Source: an uncultured Alphaproteobacteria bacterium (lineage in GTDB: Bacteria > Pseudomonadota > Alphaproteobacteria > Rhizobiales > Xanthobacteraceae). From it: 64,000 bases of DNA. The number at the start of each line of letters is the position of its first letter. Positions within the stretch are counted from its first letter, which is position 1. Where the stretch lies: positions 5,246 through 69,245 of the forward strand of contig CAWECH010000013.1 in NCBI GenBank assembly GCA_963807565.1. The letters are read 5' to 3'. Shown in pieces: positions 39,915-49,001 of the stretch. Made by a program: the position numbers and the translations under genes. Under the pieces are notes generated by a model. The model did not search any database and was not told where the DNA came from. It worked only from the letters and a program-made list of their open reading frames with translations.

Positions 39915-40935
39915 CTAGCTATCGCAACACGCCGCGTGGATTTTCAGAAGCTCCCGAACGGTTTGTTCGGAGCGGGCACGCGCCATGCCGCACTCAGTGG
40001 CGATGCCGAACTCCGGCGCATAGCGGCGCGCCGCTGCAATCCGCGCCTTGGTTCCGGCGACGCCGTCCTTGGCATGGACCACGCCGAGAAACAGCGCGGT
40101 GCCGTCTGAAAGTTTCAGATCGCGAAACGGCTGGAAGAACGCGTCGTCGCTGCGCTCGATCGGCACCGGCATGTGGATGAAGGCGAGCTTGTGGGAAATC
40201 CCGCGCGACAGCGCGTTGGCGAAATCGACCATCGCGGCGGCGTCTTTCGGTTCGACGAAGTGTTTGGCGCCGAAATCACCGTAACATAGATGCAGGCCGA
40301 GCTCGACGTCGTCGGGAACCGCAGCGCAGAGCCGCTGCATGCGCGCAATGATCGCGTCATGCGTTTCATCGCCGGGGACTGCGTCGGTCTTCTGGCCGTC
40401 CCACACCACCATCTCGTTGCACACATCCCATTGGATGCAGAGATCGCGATGCGGAATATGCCGGCAGAGCGCAGCGACTTCGGCGATCATCGCTTTCTCG
40501 TAGGCCGCTTCGACCGCCGGCAGCACTTCGGGCATCACCACCGAACTGACGACGGCAAAGGGCGTCGGCAGGCAAACCTGGAACCGGACGTGTTTCGGCA
40601 GCTCGCCATTGTCGCGCGCGGCGACGAAATCAAGATAAGAAGCGCGCGCCTCGCGCGCATAACCGAGCTCGCCGAAACGCACGTCCGCCGGCGCAACGCC
40701 TTCGGCCAGCGTCAGCAACGCAAAGCGATTGGTTGGGCGCACTTTGCCGGACGGATCCGGCCGCAGGAACGTACTGGCGCGCAGCAGCGGATATTGCCAG
40801 CTGATCCAAAGCTTGCGGCCGCCAACTTCGCCGTCCGGCACCCGTTGCAAGATGCGGCCCGAGCTCGTTGCCGACAGTGCGAAACACGTCTTCGACAGTA
40901 TCGAGACCGATACTGCCGACGAGATGGACGTTCAT
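39915..40935 (-). pseudogene. UROD/MetE-like superfamily protein (paralog 2), one frame break (probably assembly indel)
   Basis: ATG 40935 with SD GGGGGAG gives MNVHLVGSIGLDTVEDVFRTVGNELGPHL. The sequence continues in ORF 39915..40850 as QRVPDGEVGGRKLWISW...LHLCYGDFGAKHFVEP...FIHMPVP...ATECGMARA. The break is at the AA run 40849-40850. Span 1021 nt (remainder 1 mod 3). Confidence 0.55.
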
Positions 40936-40958
40936 CGTGTTTTCTCCCCCGCTCATAC

Positions 40959-41348
40959 TTAATCCGCCGGCGTATTTTCGCGGCGTTCGGCGACGTGCCA
41001 AAGCACACCGGTGGGATCATAAACGTAGGCCACGCGCAATCCCCAAGGCTGCATTGCCGGAGCCTTTGGCGCCTGGACGCCGAATACCTTCGGCAATTGC
41101 AGAGACTCGATGCGCTCCCACCACGCGTCGACGTCATCGACCATCATCTGCATCATGCAGTTTTCGGCCCATTCCTTTTTGTAATACCGCTGCAAAATGA
41201 AAGCGCTTGCGCCTACGGCGAAGATAGCGACATCGCCATCGAGCAATTTCTTGAAACCGAGCGCTTCGTAGAAGGCTTTGCTTAAATCGAAGTCCTTCGC
41301 CGGGATGAAGGCGCGTGCCGCTTCCGTGCCGGTTGGCACAACCACCAT
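40959..41348 (-). CDS. VOC (glyoxalase/bleomycin-resistance/dioxygenase) family protein
   Basis: 129 aa. ...IPAKDFDLSKAFYEALGF... and ...PWGLRVAYVYDPTGVLWHV... match the typical beta-alpha-beta-beta-beta VOC pattern. Confidence 0.78.
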   Translation of the reverse strand: MVVVPTGTEAARAFIPAKDFDLSKAFYEALGFKKLLDGDVAIFAVGASAFILQRYYKKEWAENCMMQMMVDDVDAWWERIESLQLPKVFGVQAPKAPAMQPWGLRVAYVYDPTGVLWHVAERRENTPAD

Positions 41349-41368
41349 GGTCTACCTACGCCGCCAGA

Positions 41369-42469
41369 TCAGGCGAAGCCGTAAAGCGCCTTGGCGTTGC
41401 CGGAGTAAATCCGTTCGCAATTCTCCTTGCCGAGGCTCGCCGGCAGCGCCACGAACGGATCGTCGAAATCCCAATGCGGATAATCCGACGAGAACAGGAT
41501 GCGGTCGAAACCGATCGCTTCCATGATGTCGGCGAGATGCGCCGGACTGTCCGGCTCTTCCATCGGCTGGGTGGTGACCCAGAAATGGTCGTGCATATAT
41601 TCCGACGGCTTGCGCTTGAGATGCGGCAGGCCGGAGCGCATCCGCTTCCAGTTGCGGTCCATCCGGTGGCCCAGTGATGGAACCCAGCCGAAGCCGCCTT
41701 CGATGAAGACCATTTTCAACTGCGGGAACGCCTCGAACACGCCCTCCATGATTAAGCTCACGACCTGAGCCTGACAGGCGTTGGAGTGTTCGGTCATTTC
41801 CTCGATATAGAAAGACGGCCAGCCCGTATTGCTCGCAGCGCGACCGCTATAGCCGAACACGTGCACGCCGACCGGGAGGCCGGCCTCGCAGGCCGCCTCG
41901 TAGATCGGCCAGTAGCGGCGGCGGCCCATCAACTCGCTCGTGCGAGTGAGCATCAGCACATGGGCGAAGCGTTTGTCACCGGCGCGCTTGCGGATTTCCG
42001 CGCGCGACGCTTCAGGATCTTCATAAGGCACGATCAGCGAAGCCTTGAGCCGCGGATCGAGCTTGTTCCAATGATTGAGCTGGAACTCGTTAGCGGCAAA
42101 CGCCAGCGCAGCGCTGTATTCGTCGTTCTGCTCGCCCTGCCCCGACGGCGACAGCGGATTCATCACCGCAGACTCGATGCTGTAGAAATCGAGGTACTGC
42201 TCGCGCATGAACTCATAATTGCTCGCCGGCAGACCGCCGTCCGGCGGCCAGGAGTCGCGGCGTGACGCCAGCGGCTGGCCCTTCGGATAAGGAAAGCCTT
42301 TGACGTAGCCGTGGTGCGACCGCGCCCCATAAGTCATCGCGTAGTCCCACCAGCGATTGCTCAGATAAGGCCGCAAGTCTTCCAGCGAACTCTTCGGATG
42401 AATGTCGCAGTCGACGATGCTGAGCTTGGTCTTGGCGGTGCGGTTGATCTGGCGGGCTTCGATATTCAT
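41369..42469 (-). CDS. Amidohydrolase-2 family protein (ACMSD/LigW-type decarboxylase/hydrolase-like)
   Basis: ...IVDCDIHPK... (metal His), ...GLPVGVHVFG..., ...ILFSSDYPHWDFDDP... (C-terminal Asp/His motif). SD GGAGGA upstream. Confidence 0.85.
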   Translation of the reverse strand: MNIEARQINRTAKTKLSIVDCDIHPKSSLEDLRPYLSNRWWDYAMTYGARSHHGYVKGFPYPKGQPLASRRDSWPPDGGLPASNYEFMREQYLDFYSIESAVMNPLSPSGQGEQNDEYSAALAFAANEFQLNHWNKLDPRLKASLIVPYEDPEASRAEIRKRAGDKRFAHVLMLTRTSELMGRRRYWPIYEAACEAGLPVGVHVFGYSGRAASNTGWPSFYIEEMTEHSNACQAQVVSLIMEGVFEAFPQLKMVFIEGGFGWVPSLGHRMDRNWKRMRSGLPHLKRKPSEYMHDHFWVTTQPMEEPDSPAHLADIMEAIGFDRILFSSDYPHWDFDDPFVALPASLGKENCERIYSGNAKALYGFA

Positions 42470-42554
42470 GGCGCGTCCTCCACGGGGACTCCCTCAATAT
42501 AGCTCGGTTTGAGGTCCGGTGAAATCGGCCCGAGACCCCTCCGGCGCTGAGGAG

Positions 42555-44411
42555 TCAGAAGGACTTAACGAATTCGTCCAATGCGCCACGGACTTGCGGA
42601 ATGACGGTTGCCCATGACCGTGTCGCGTCCTGCCGAAACAGCCGGGCTTCGGGGTACCAGGGAGAATCGTTGCGGCCCAGAAACCATCGCCAATCCGCAT
42701 TATACGGCAACAGGATCCATACCGGCTTTCCCATCGCTCCAGCAAGGTGGGCAACGCTGGTGTCGACCGTGACGACCAAATCCAGGTTATCAATGAGCGC
42801 CGCCGTCTGGGAGAAATCCGTCAGCGCCTCGCCGTAGAATTCGACGCGCTCCTGCCGAAGCAAGGCGGCCTCGCCGTCTTTGAGTTCCTGTTGCAGAGCA
42901 ATCCAATGGGCGTCCGCAGAAAACAGAGACGATAGAAGCGGCAAATCAACTGATCGGTTGCGGTCGTTCTTGTGCTTCGAACCCCCGCTCCAGACAATTC
43001 CCACCCGCGGCTTGGTCTTTGACGGCAATCGGGCACGCCAGGAGTCACGCAGCGCCTTGTCGGAAAAAAGATAAGGTTTCGCTTCCGGTATCGTAGCCAA
43101 CGTGGTTCCCAAAGCGAGCGGTAAACTCATCAACGGACAATGGTAATCGAACGAAGCGGGGACTTCGTTGTCGTTGATGATCTCAATTCCTGAATCCATA
43201 TGCCTGAGCAAACGATACAGCGGTTGTTGCACCGACATCACAACGTTTGCGCCACGCGCTTTGAGCAGCCCGGCAAACCGGCAAAACTGGATGGTGTCGC
43301 CAAACCCTTGCTCCCAATGAAGCAACAAGGTTCGATTCGAAATATCTTCTTTTCCAAGCCACAGCGGTTTCGCGAACGACCGGTCGCCAAACGGCTGCTC
43401 GACTTTCTTTCGCCATTCGTAAAGGCGCCAGCCTTCTTCGAAGCGTCCGGCCTTGAGCAGGCAGAGACTCTGGTTGAGATGCGCCTCGGCGTAATTCAAT
43501 CTGAGCGCACCAGCTTTGCGGAAACTGGCGATAGCATCATCGATCCGCTGCAGTTCCTGCAGCACAAGGCCGCGGTTGTTGTACGCGTCCGCGGCGTCGG
43601 GCTTGAGCGCGATCGCCCTGTCGAAGCTTGTCAGCGCCTCGTCAAAGCGCCTCAGTTCCTGCAACGCGATGCCGCGGTTGTAAAAGGCCGCTGCGTAATC
43701 GGGCCGCAGCGAAAGCGCCTTGTCAAAATCCGCTACTGCTTCTTCGAGGTCTCCAGCGTCCTTGGCGAGGTTCCCGCGGTTGTTGTACGCCTCCGCGTAA
43801 TCGGGCTTGAGGGCGATGGCTGCGCCGAAACTCGCGGACGCCTCATCGGCCCGTTGCAGCATCTGCAGCGCGGTGCCCCGGTTGTTGTGCGCTTCCGCAA
43901 AATCAGGTTTCAATGCGATCGCCCTGTCGAAACTGGCGACGGCATCATCCATGCGGATCAACTCTCGCAGCACGATGCCACGATTATTATGCGCGTCGGG
44001 AAAGTCCGGCTGTAGCGCGATCGACCGGTCAAAACTGGCAAGGGCAGCGTCAAGACGGCCAAGGTCCCGCTGCCCGTTGCCGAGATTGTTGTAGGCACCC
44101 CAGGAATTCGGATTAAGCGCGACTGCCCTTGTGATCAGCTCCACGCCGTTTTCGGCCTGTCCAGTTTGCATCGCGAGTACGCCCAGGAGATGCATCGCGT
44201 CAAAGTGGTTCGGCTCAGCCTGTAGAACTTCCCTGTAGCCTTGCTCCGCTGCGATCAAATGCCCCTGTTGGTGCAGGGCCAGAGCTTGCTGAAGCCGCAC
44301 CTGCGGCGAGATAGCGGGCGGCGCTTGTTGATAGGCCGGTCCCTGCTGAACAGTGAACTGAGCGCCCATTGAAAAGGGCCGAAAAGGCTGAGACGGACGC
44401 TCATCTGACAT
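42555..44411 (-). CDS. TPR-repeat protein with C-terminal glycosyltransferase-family-9-like domain
   Basis: At least 7 consecutive regular 34-aa TPR units (AIALKPD[FY]AEA[HY]NNRG...). The C-terminal domain carries WEQGFGDTIQFCRFA and VDTSVAHLAGAMGKPVWILLPYNADWRW. Confidence 0.85.
   Translation of the reverse strand: MSDERPSQPFRPFSMGAQFTVQQGPAYQQAPPAISPQVRLQQALALHQQGHLIAAEQGYREVLQAEPNHFDAMHLLGVLAMQTGQAENGVELITRAVALNPNSWGAYNNLGNGQRDLGRLDAALASFDRSIALQPDFPDAHNNRGIVLRELIRMDDAVASFDRAIALKPDFAEAHNNRGTALQMLQRADEASASFGAAIALKPDYAEAYNNRGNLAKDAGDLEEAVADFDKALSLRPDYAAAFYNRGIALQELRRFDEALTSFDRAIALKPDAADAYNNRGLVLQELQRIDDAIASFRKAGALRLNYAEAHLNQSLCLLKAGRFEEGWRLYEWRKKVEQPFGDRSFAKPLWLGKEDISNRTLLLHWEQGFGDTIQFCRFAGLLKARGANVVMSVQQPLYRLLRHMDSGIEIINDNEVPASFDYHCPLMSLPLALGTTLATIPEAKPYLFSDKALRDSWRARLPSKTKPRVGIVWSGGSKHKNDRNRSVDLPLLSSLFSADAHWIALQQELKDGEAALLRQERVEFYGEALTDFSQTAALIDNLDLVVTVDTSVAHLAGAMGKPVWILLPYNADWRWFLGRNDSPWYPEARLFRQDATRSWATVIPQVRGALDEFVKSF
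43412..44126 (-). repeat. 102-bp periodic coding repeats (TPR units) inside the TPR-GT9-like gene
   Basis: Seven tandem 34-codon units with strong amino-acid and partial nucleotide identity (for example gcgatcgccctgtcgaa... recurs). Confidence 0.7.
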
Positions 44412-44477
44412 TACATTGACCTGAATCGTTTCCAGCCGAGGATATATCAGGAAAGCGGTCCAAGGCGCGCCTCAGCC

Positions 44478-45131
44478 CTAAACGACGATGACCCGGTCGA
44501 GGTAAAGTTTCCAGTTCCCCGGCGGCGGCGTTTTGCCGGAAAGCCAGGTGCCGGTGACTTTGCCTTCCCACTCCACCGGCAACACCATGCCGCGCAGGAA
44601 TTTCGCCGCTATTTGCCGCGAGCTCCAGGCGATCACCGTGTCCGAGCCGGTCTCCCACCACGCATCGTTGGGGGCAAGATCGCGGTATGACTCGGCGTCC
44701 TGCTGCACATTGAATGTACCTTCGAGTAGGCAGCGGATACCTGGGCCGGGATGTTGATGACGATCAGCAACGCGGCCGGGACCGGTGACGATCCGATCCA
44801 GACGAAACAGCCAATGACCGCCTTCCGGCATTGGCAAGGTCGTAATCACCCGCGACATGCGCAGGCTTGAGAATACGCCGTCGCCTTCGAGCAGCGCGGG
44901 CGCGGCATTCGGGGGCGCCAATTCCCAGCGCCAAACCTGACACCATTCGCCGGCCGATTTCATTGCGACAGTGCCGTCGGGATAAGTCGCTTCGTCGGCG
45001 TTCATCACCTGGCCACCGATCTCGACACGGCCGTGGCGAACGTACAGCAGGCGATGCAACGCTGGCAGCGGCGCCTTGCTCGCGCCGCCACTAACGATCT
45101 GGTCGTGATAAAGGTTTAGAGAGAACGGCAT
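44478..45131 (-). CDS. Hypothetical protein, possibly bicupin-like
   Basis: 217-aa ORF with good codon use and beta-rich segments (LLYVRHGRVEIGG; IRCLLEGTFNVQQD). The family was not recognised with certainty. Confidence 0.5.
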   Translation of the reverse strand: MPFSLNLYHDQIVSGGASKAPLPALHRLLYVRHGRVEIGGQVMNADEATYPDGTVAMKSAGEWCQVWRWELAPPNAAPALLEGDGVFSSLRMSRVITTLPMPEGGHWLFRLDRIVTGPGRVADRHQHPGPGIRCLLEGTFNVQQDAESYRDLAPNDAWWETGSDTVIAWSSRQIAAKFLRGMVLPVEWEGKVTGTWLSGKTPPPGNWKLYLDRVIVV

Positions 45132-45205
45132 CCTTCAAGCGTACTCCGGATAACGCCGAAACGAAATCCGGAAAGTTGCTCGGCAAAGCCGACTCTCATC
45201 TCAGC

Positions 45206-45943
45206 CTAGAGATTTGCCCGATCGAATGCGCGAACCCACATGGCGCAAACGCCGGACCGAACGATCTCCTCGCGGGTGAATTCGATCATGGGGACAGGAA
45301 GCGCCTGCGATTTGATCAAATGGATAATCGCGCGCAAGCCGCTTTCCTGAGCAAGATCGCATTGGCTGACGTCGCCATTGACCACGACGGTGCAGTCTTC
45401 GCCAATCCGCGTCAAAAACGTTTTTATTTCCGCGGGCGAGGCATTCTGCGCTTCATCCAGCAATATAAAAGCATTCTTCCACGACCGGCCGCGCATGACT
45501 TCGAAAGGAACCATTTCGATATCGCCTCTCTTCAAGGCGATCTCATAGGCAGCCTTCCCAATCCGTTCTTTAATGGCTTCCGTTACAGGAGCTGCCCACG
45601 GCGCGAATTTGTCTTCCAGCGATCCTGGGAAATATCCGAGTGATCGCCCGCATGGCACGTTCGGCCGCGTCAGTATGATCTTTGTTATTCGCCGATTTCG
45701 GAAAAGATCAGCAGCGTGGGTTGCGGCAATCCAGGTCTTGCCGGTGCCAGCGGGCCCAAGGACGATCACCTGTGGGCTGGAACGCAGGGCATCGAGATAA
45801 TCCGCCTGCGTTGGGTTGAGAGGCTTGATAGGAGGAAGAACGCGTTCGTGTTCGAACTTCGAACCTTGGAATTCTATGATTTCAGCAGTTTCAATTCCAC
45901 GCGCATCTCGCCGTCGCTTCTTGTTACTGGCGTGCTTACCCAA
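45206..45943 (-). CDS. PhoH-family ATPase (short, ~245-aa form)
   Basis: Walker A LGPAGTGKTW and Walker B/DEAQN (ILLDEAQNASP). ...RPNVPCGRSLGYFPGSLEDKFAPW... is typical PhoH. The N-terminus is basic (KKRRRDARG). Confidence 0.9.
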   Translation of the reverse strand: MGKHASNKKRRRDARGIETAEIIEFQGSKFEHERVLPPIKPLNPTQADYLDALRSSPQVIVLGPAGTGKTWIAATHAADLFRNRRITKIILTRPNVPCGRSLGYFPGSLEDKFAPWAAPVTEAIKERIGKAAYEIALKRGDIEMVPFEVMRGRSWKNAFILLDEAQNASPAEIKTFLTRIGEDCTVVVNGDVSQCDLAQESGLRAIIHLIKSQALPVPMIEFTREEIVRSGVCAMWVRAFDRANL

Positions 45944-46303
45944 GGTCTTACTCCTTTTGCTGTATCAAGAGGAATAGTCATGAGCACCCTCGCGTGAAGA
46001 CGCGAAGGTTTGGGACGATCGTGCTTTAGCGAGCTAGGAGGAAAGGCAGGAGGTAGAGCGAGCGTCGGCGGCGAACGATGGCATCCTTGATCAGGATATG
46101 CCGAACCACCCATCAGATCACAACCATGCAGGTCATCATCGCACGCCAGAGATAACTGATTCTCGTGAAAAGTTAATTAAAGGATTGCGGAAGCTGCGTT
46201 ACATCAAGAGCAAGCGTAACCTGCACCTGCAAAACGGGTATGACACGGGCTGGCCGGGCCGGTTAGGGTGGCCGCCTAAAAAAGACGAGTGAGGAACGCG
46301 CCA

Positions 46304-47416
46304 ATGACGTCACTGCCCCGCCGTTCATTCCTGCGACTTGCGGCTGGTGCCGCGGCAGCCACCGGCTTCTGTCCCGGCTGCGGCATGCGGCGCGCCTTTG
46401 CGCAGGCGAATCCCGGCGGAGCACGGCGCAAGGTTGAGGTCGACGGCAAACAGGTGCGCGTGGTCGACGTCCACTGCCACTGCGTCATTCCAGAGGCGCT
46501 GGCTGTCCTTGAAGGTACGCCGATCGAGAAGCGCTTCCGCGTCAGCCTGGATAACAAGCTCAACAATCCGCCGATGGAAGATCGCATTGCCACCATGGAT
46601 GCGGCCGGCATCGACGTCGAGGCGATGAGCATCAACGAATTCTGGTACGGCGCAGACCGCGATCTCGCGCGCCGGCTGATCGACGTGCAGAACGAGAATC
46701 TCGCCAAGACCTGCAAGGCCTCGAACAGCCGACTGGTCGGCTTTGCCAGCGTTGCGCTGCAGTTCCCGGAACTTGCGGCCGAGCAACTCGAAACCGGCAT
46801 GAAGCAGATGGGCCTGGTCGGTGGCGCGATCGGCCCAACGGTCGAGGGCGAGGAATTATCCTCACCCCGCTTCGATCCCTTCTGGGCGAAGTGCGAGGAG
46901 CTCGATGCGCTGCTGTTCATGCATCCGCAGGACAGCGCGGTCGCAACCGGTGTCGAGAAACGCCTGCGCGGCAAGGGTTATCTCGACAACACCATCGGTA
47001 ATCCGCTGGAAACAACCATTGCGTTGTCGCATCTTATTTTCGAGGGCGTGTTCGACCGCTTTCCAAAGCTGAAACTCTGCGCGGCTCACGGCGGCGGGTA
47101 TCTGGCGTCTTACCCGGATCGTTCCGATGCGGTGTGCGAGACTTTCTCGTTCCGCTGCAAAGACGTCACGCTCAAAAAGAAGCCGACTGAATATCTCAAA
47201 CAGATCTACGTGGACTCGCTGGTCTTCACGCCCGAGGGGCTACGCCACCTCGCCACCGTGGTTGGCCGCGATCACATCATGATCGGCACTGACTATGGAT
47301 TTAACTGGTCGAAAGACCCGGTCGCTCTGATCATGGCGACGCCGGAACTCAGCTCGGCCGACAAAGTCGCAATGCTCGGGGGCACCGCCGCAAAGCTCCT
47401 GCGCCTGCCGGGATAG
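46304..47416 (+). CDS. Amidohydrolase-2 family protein with twin-arginine signal peptide
   Basis: ATG 46304 with SD GAGGAA. MTSLPRRSFLRLAAGAAAATG...RRAFA|Q. ...VVDVHCHCV... (HxH), ...MHPQD..., ...IMIGTDYGFNW.... Confidence 0.85.
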   Translation: MTSLPRRSFLRLAAGAAAATGFCPGCGMRRAFAQANPGGARRKVEVDGKQVRVVDVHCHCVIPEALAVLEGTPIEKRFRVSLDNKLNNPPMEDRIATMDAAGIDVEAMSINEFWYGADRDLARRLIDVQNENLAKTCKASNSRLVGFASVALQFPELAAEQLETGMKQMGLVGGAIGPTVEGEELSSPRFDPFWAKCEELDALLFMHPQDSAVATGVEKRLRGKGYLDNTIGNPLETTIALSHLIFEGVFDRFPKLKLCAAHGGGYLASYPDRSDAVCETFSFRCKDVTLKKKPTEYLKQIYVDSLVFTPEGLRHLATVVGRDHIMIGTDYGFNWSKDPVALIMATPELSSADKVAMLGGTAAKLLRLPG

Positions 47417-47432
47417 ACGCGAAGCAAATCCG

Positions 47433-48719
47433 CTACAGCTTAGTTTCCGCCTGGACGGACGGCACGCCAAGGCCGTCGCGGTTGTAGATGTCCTCGCGGA
47501 ATTGCACGACACCGTCCGACGCCGACCACGCGGTGACATAAACCCAATGCAGCGGTATCGGCTTGGTGAGGTTGGCGTTGATCTGTTCGCCGGACTTGAT
47601 CGCCTCGGCGATGTGATCGGCCCCCCACCCTTTGGTGCCTTCGAGCAGCCAGCCGACCAGCTCCTGCACATTTTGCACGCGGCAGCAGCCTGAAGAATCG
47701 TAACGGAAATCCCCGCCGAACAAATTTTTCAGCGGCGTATCGTGCATATAGACGCCGTACTGGCTCGGAAAATTGATGCGGATGCGGCCGAGTGAATTGT
47801 GATCGCCCGGATCCTCCCGAAACGTGTAATGCACCGCCTCTTCCGAATACCAGTTGATCTGCGACGGCAGCACTTCACGGTGCTGCCCGTCATAGATGCG
47901 GATGTGGTTGTCGGTAAGATAATCCGGCTTGTCCTGCATCAGCGGGATCAAATCCTTGCGCACGATCGAAACCGGTACCGTCCAGAACGGATTGAAATTG
48001 ACTTGAACGATCTTGCTGTTGATGTCGGGAGATGGCCGATCTGGCTTGCCAACCACCGCGGTGTGGCGCTGCACGGCGACACCATTCTCGATGGCTTCGA
48101 CGCGCGCTGCCGGAATGTTATTGACGACGTAACGTGGTCCCAAGTTGGTCGTCAGCGTCTTCAGGCGCTCGATATTGACCTTGAGCTGATCGCGCCGCGT
48201 CGCCGCCGGAATATTCATCGCTGCAAACGTCGAGCCGCGCACGACGCCATCGATCGTGAGGCCATGACGCGCCTGGAACCGGCGCACTGCTTCTTCGACA
48301 TAGGAATCGTAAATGTCGTTATCGGCGGCAACTGCATTTGGATCGAGATCGCCCGACGCGGCGAGCCGCTGGCGCAACTGCACGAGGCTCGGGTCACGCA
48401 CGCCGACATGCAGCTCGCCGCTCTGCGGCACCGTCGGCCAGCCGCCACGCGCGACAATGCCGTCGTAGGTCTTGATCGCCTGCTCGGTGATCTGGGCCGT
48501 AGAGGGCGACAGCGTCGGTGCGGTCGCCTTCGGCATCGCAATGGTGCGGGAGCCTTGATCGAAGTTCTGGCCGAACTGGCCATTGCTGTCGTTCATCAAG
48601 GCGTCGAGCGCGGCGTCCTCCGCCCGCGCACCGCGGGCAAAAGCGCCGGTCAGCGCCACTGCGCCCGCCAACGTGCTTGAGAATTGCGCGGCGGTTGAGG
48701 CGCCTGCGGCTGCCATCAA
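47433..48719 (-). CDS. L,D-transpeptidase (YkuD domain) with peptidoglycan-binding domain
   Basis: PG_binding_1-like region (...AVRRFQARHGLTIDGVVRGSTFAAMN...). YkuD catalytic region ...VYMHDTPLKNLFGGDFRYDSSGCCRVQN... (His...Cys). Confidence 0.88.
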   Translation of the reverse strand: MMAAAGASTAAQFSSTLAGAVALTGAFARGARAEDAALDALMNDSNGQFGQNFDQGSRTIAMPKATAPTLSPSTAQITEQAIKTYDGIVARGGWPTVPQSGELHVGVRDPSLVQLRQRLAASGDLDPNAVAADNDIYDSYVEEAVRRFQARHGLTIDGVVRGSTFAAMNIPAATRRDQLKVNIERLKTLTTNLGPRYVVNNIPAARVEAIENGVAVQRHTAVVGKPDRPSPDINSKIVQVNFNPFWTVPVSIVRKDLIPLMQDKPDYLTDNHIRIYDGQHREVLPSQINWYSEEAVHYTFREDPGDHNSLGRIRINFPSQYGVYMHDTPLKNLFGGDFRYDSSGCCRVQNVQELVGWLLEGTKGWGADHIAEAIKSGEQINANLTKPIPLHWVYVTAWSASDGVVQFREDIYNRDGLGVPSVQAETKL

Positions 48720-48920
48720 ACGAGCCCGACTTCTTCATTGTTCACTACTGTCCTGACATCGGCCCCTGCGCCCGCTTTAGCACGCGGCCGGCGGCGGCCA
48801 AAAGGACCAATCGCGGTCACAGTCATCAAAACTAGGCTACCTGACCGGCAATATTGTGACCGGTCACCTTGGAAAATCACGTTTTCGGAAAGATTACACG
48901 GCGCGGAAAACCCGTCGGCA

Positions 48921-48955
48921 AAAGCCAAAAAAGCCCCGGCATTTGCGCCGGGGCT
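48921..48955 (-). terminator. Intrinsic terminator downstream of the MarR-family gene
   Basis: 9-bp stem AGCCCCGGC/GCCGGGGCT (48932-48940 / 48947-48955). On the minus strand it is followed by UUUUUGGCUUU. Confidence 0.65.
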
Positions 48956-49001
48956 AAAGTTACGCCAGTACAACACAAATTCTGGCGAAAGCTGTTGGGT
49001 T

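Noticed and set aside
43412-44126. Regular ~100-bp periodic repeats as a possible CRISPR-like or satellite array
   Set aside because: The periodicity is exactly 102 bp (34 codons), in frame within a long ORF, and corresponds to TPR motifs. There is no spacer/repeat structure.
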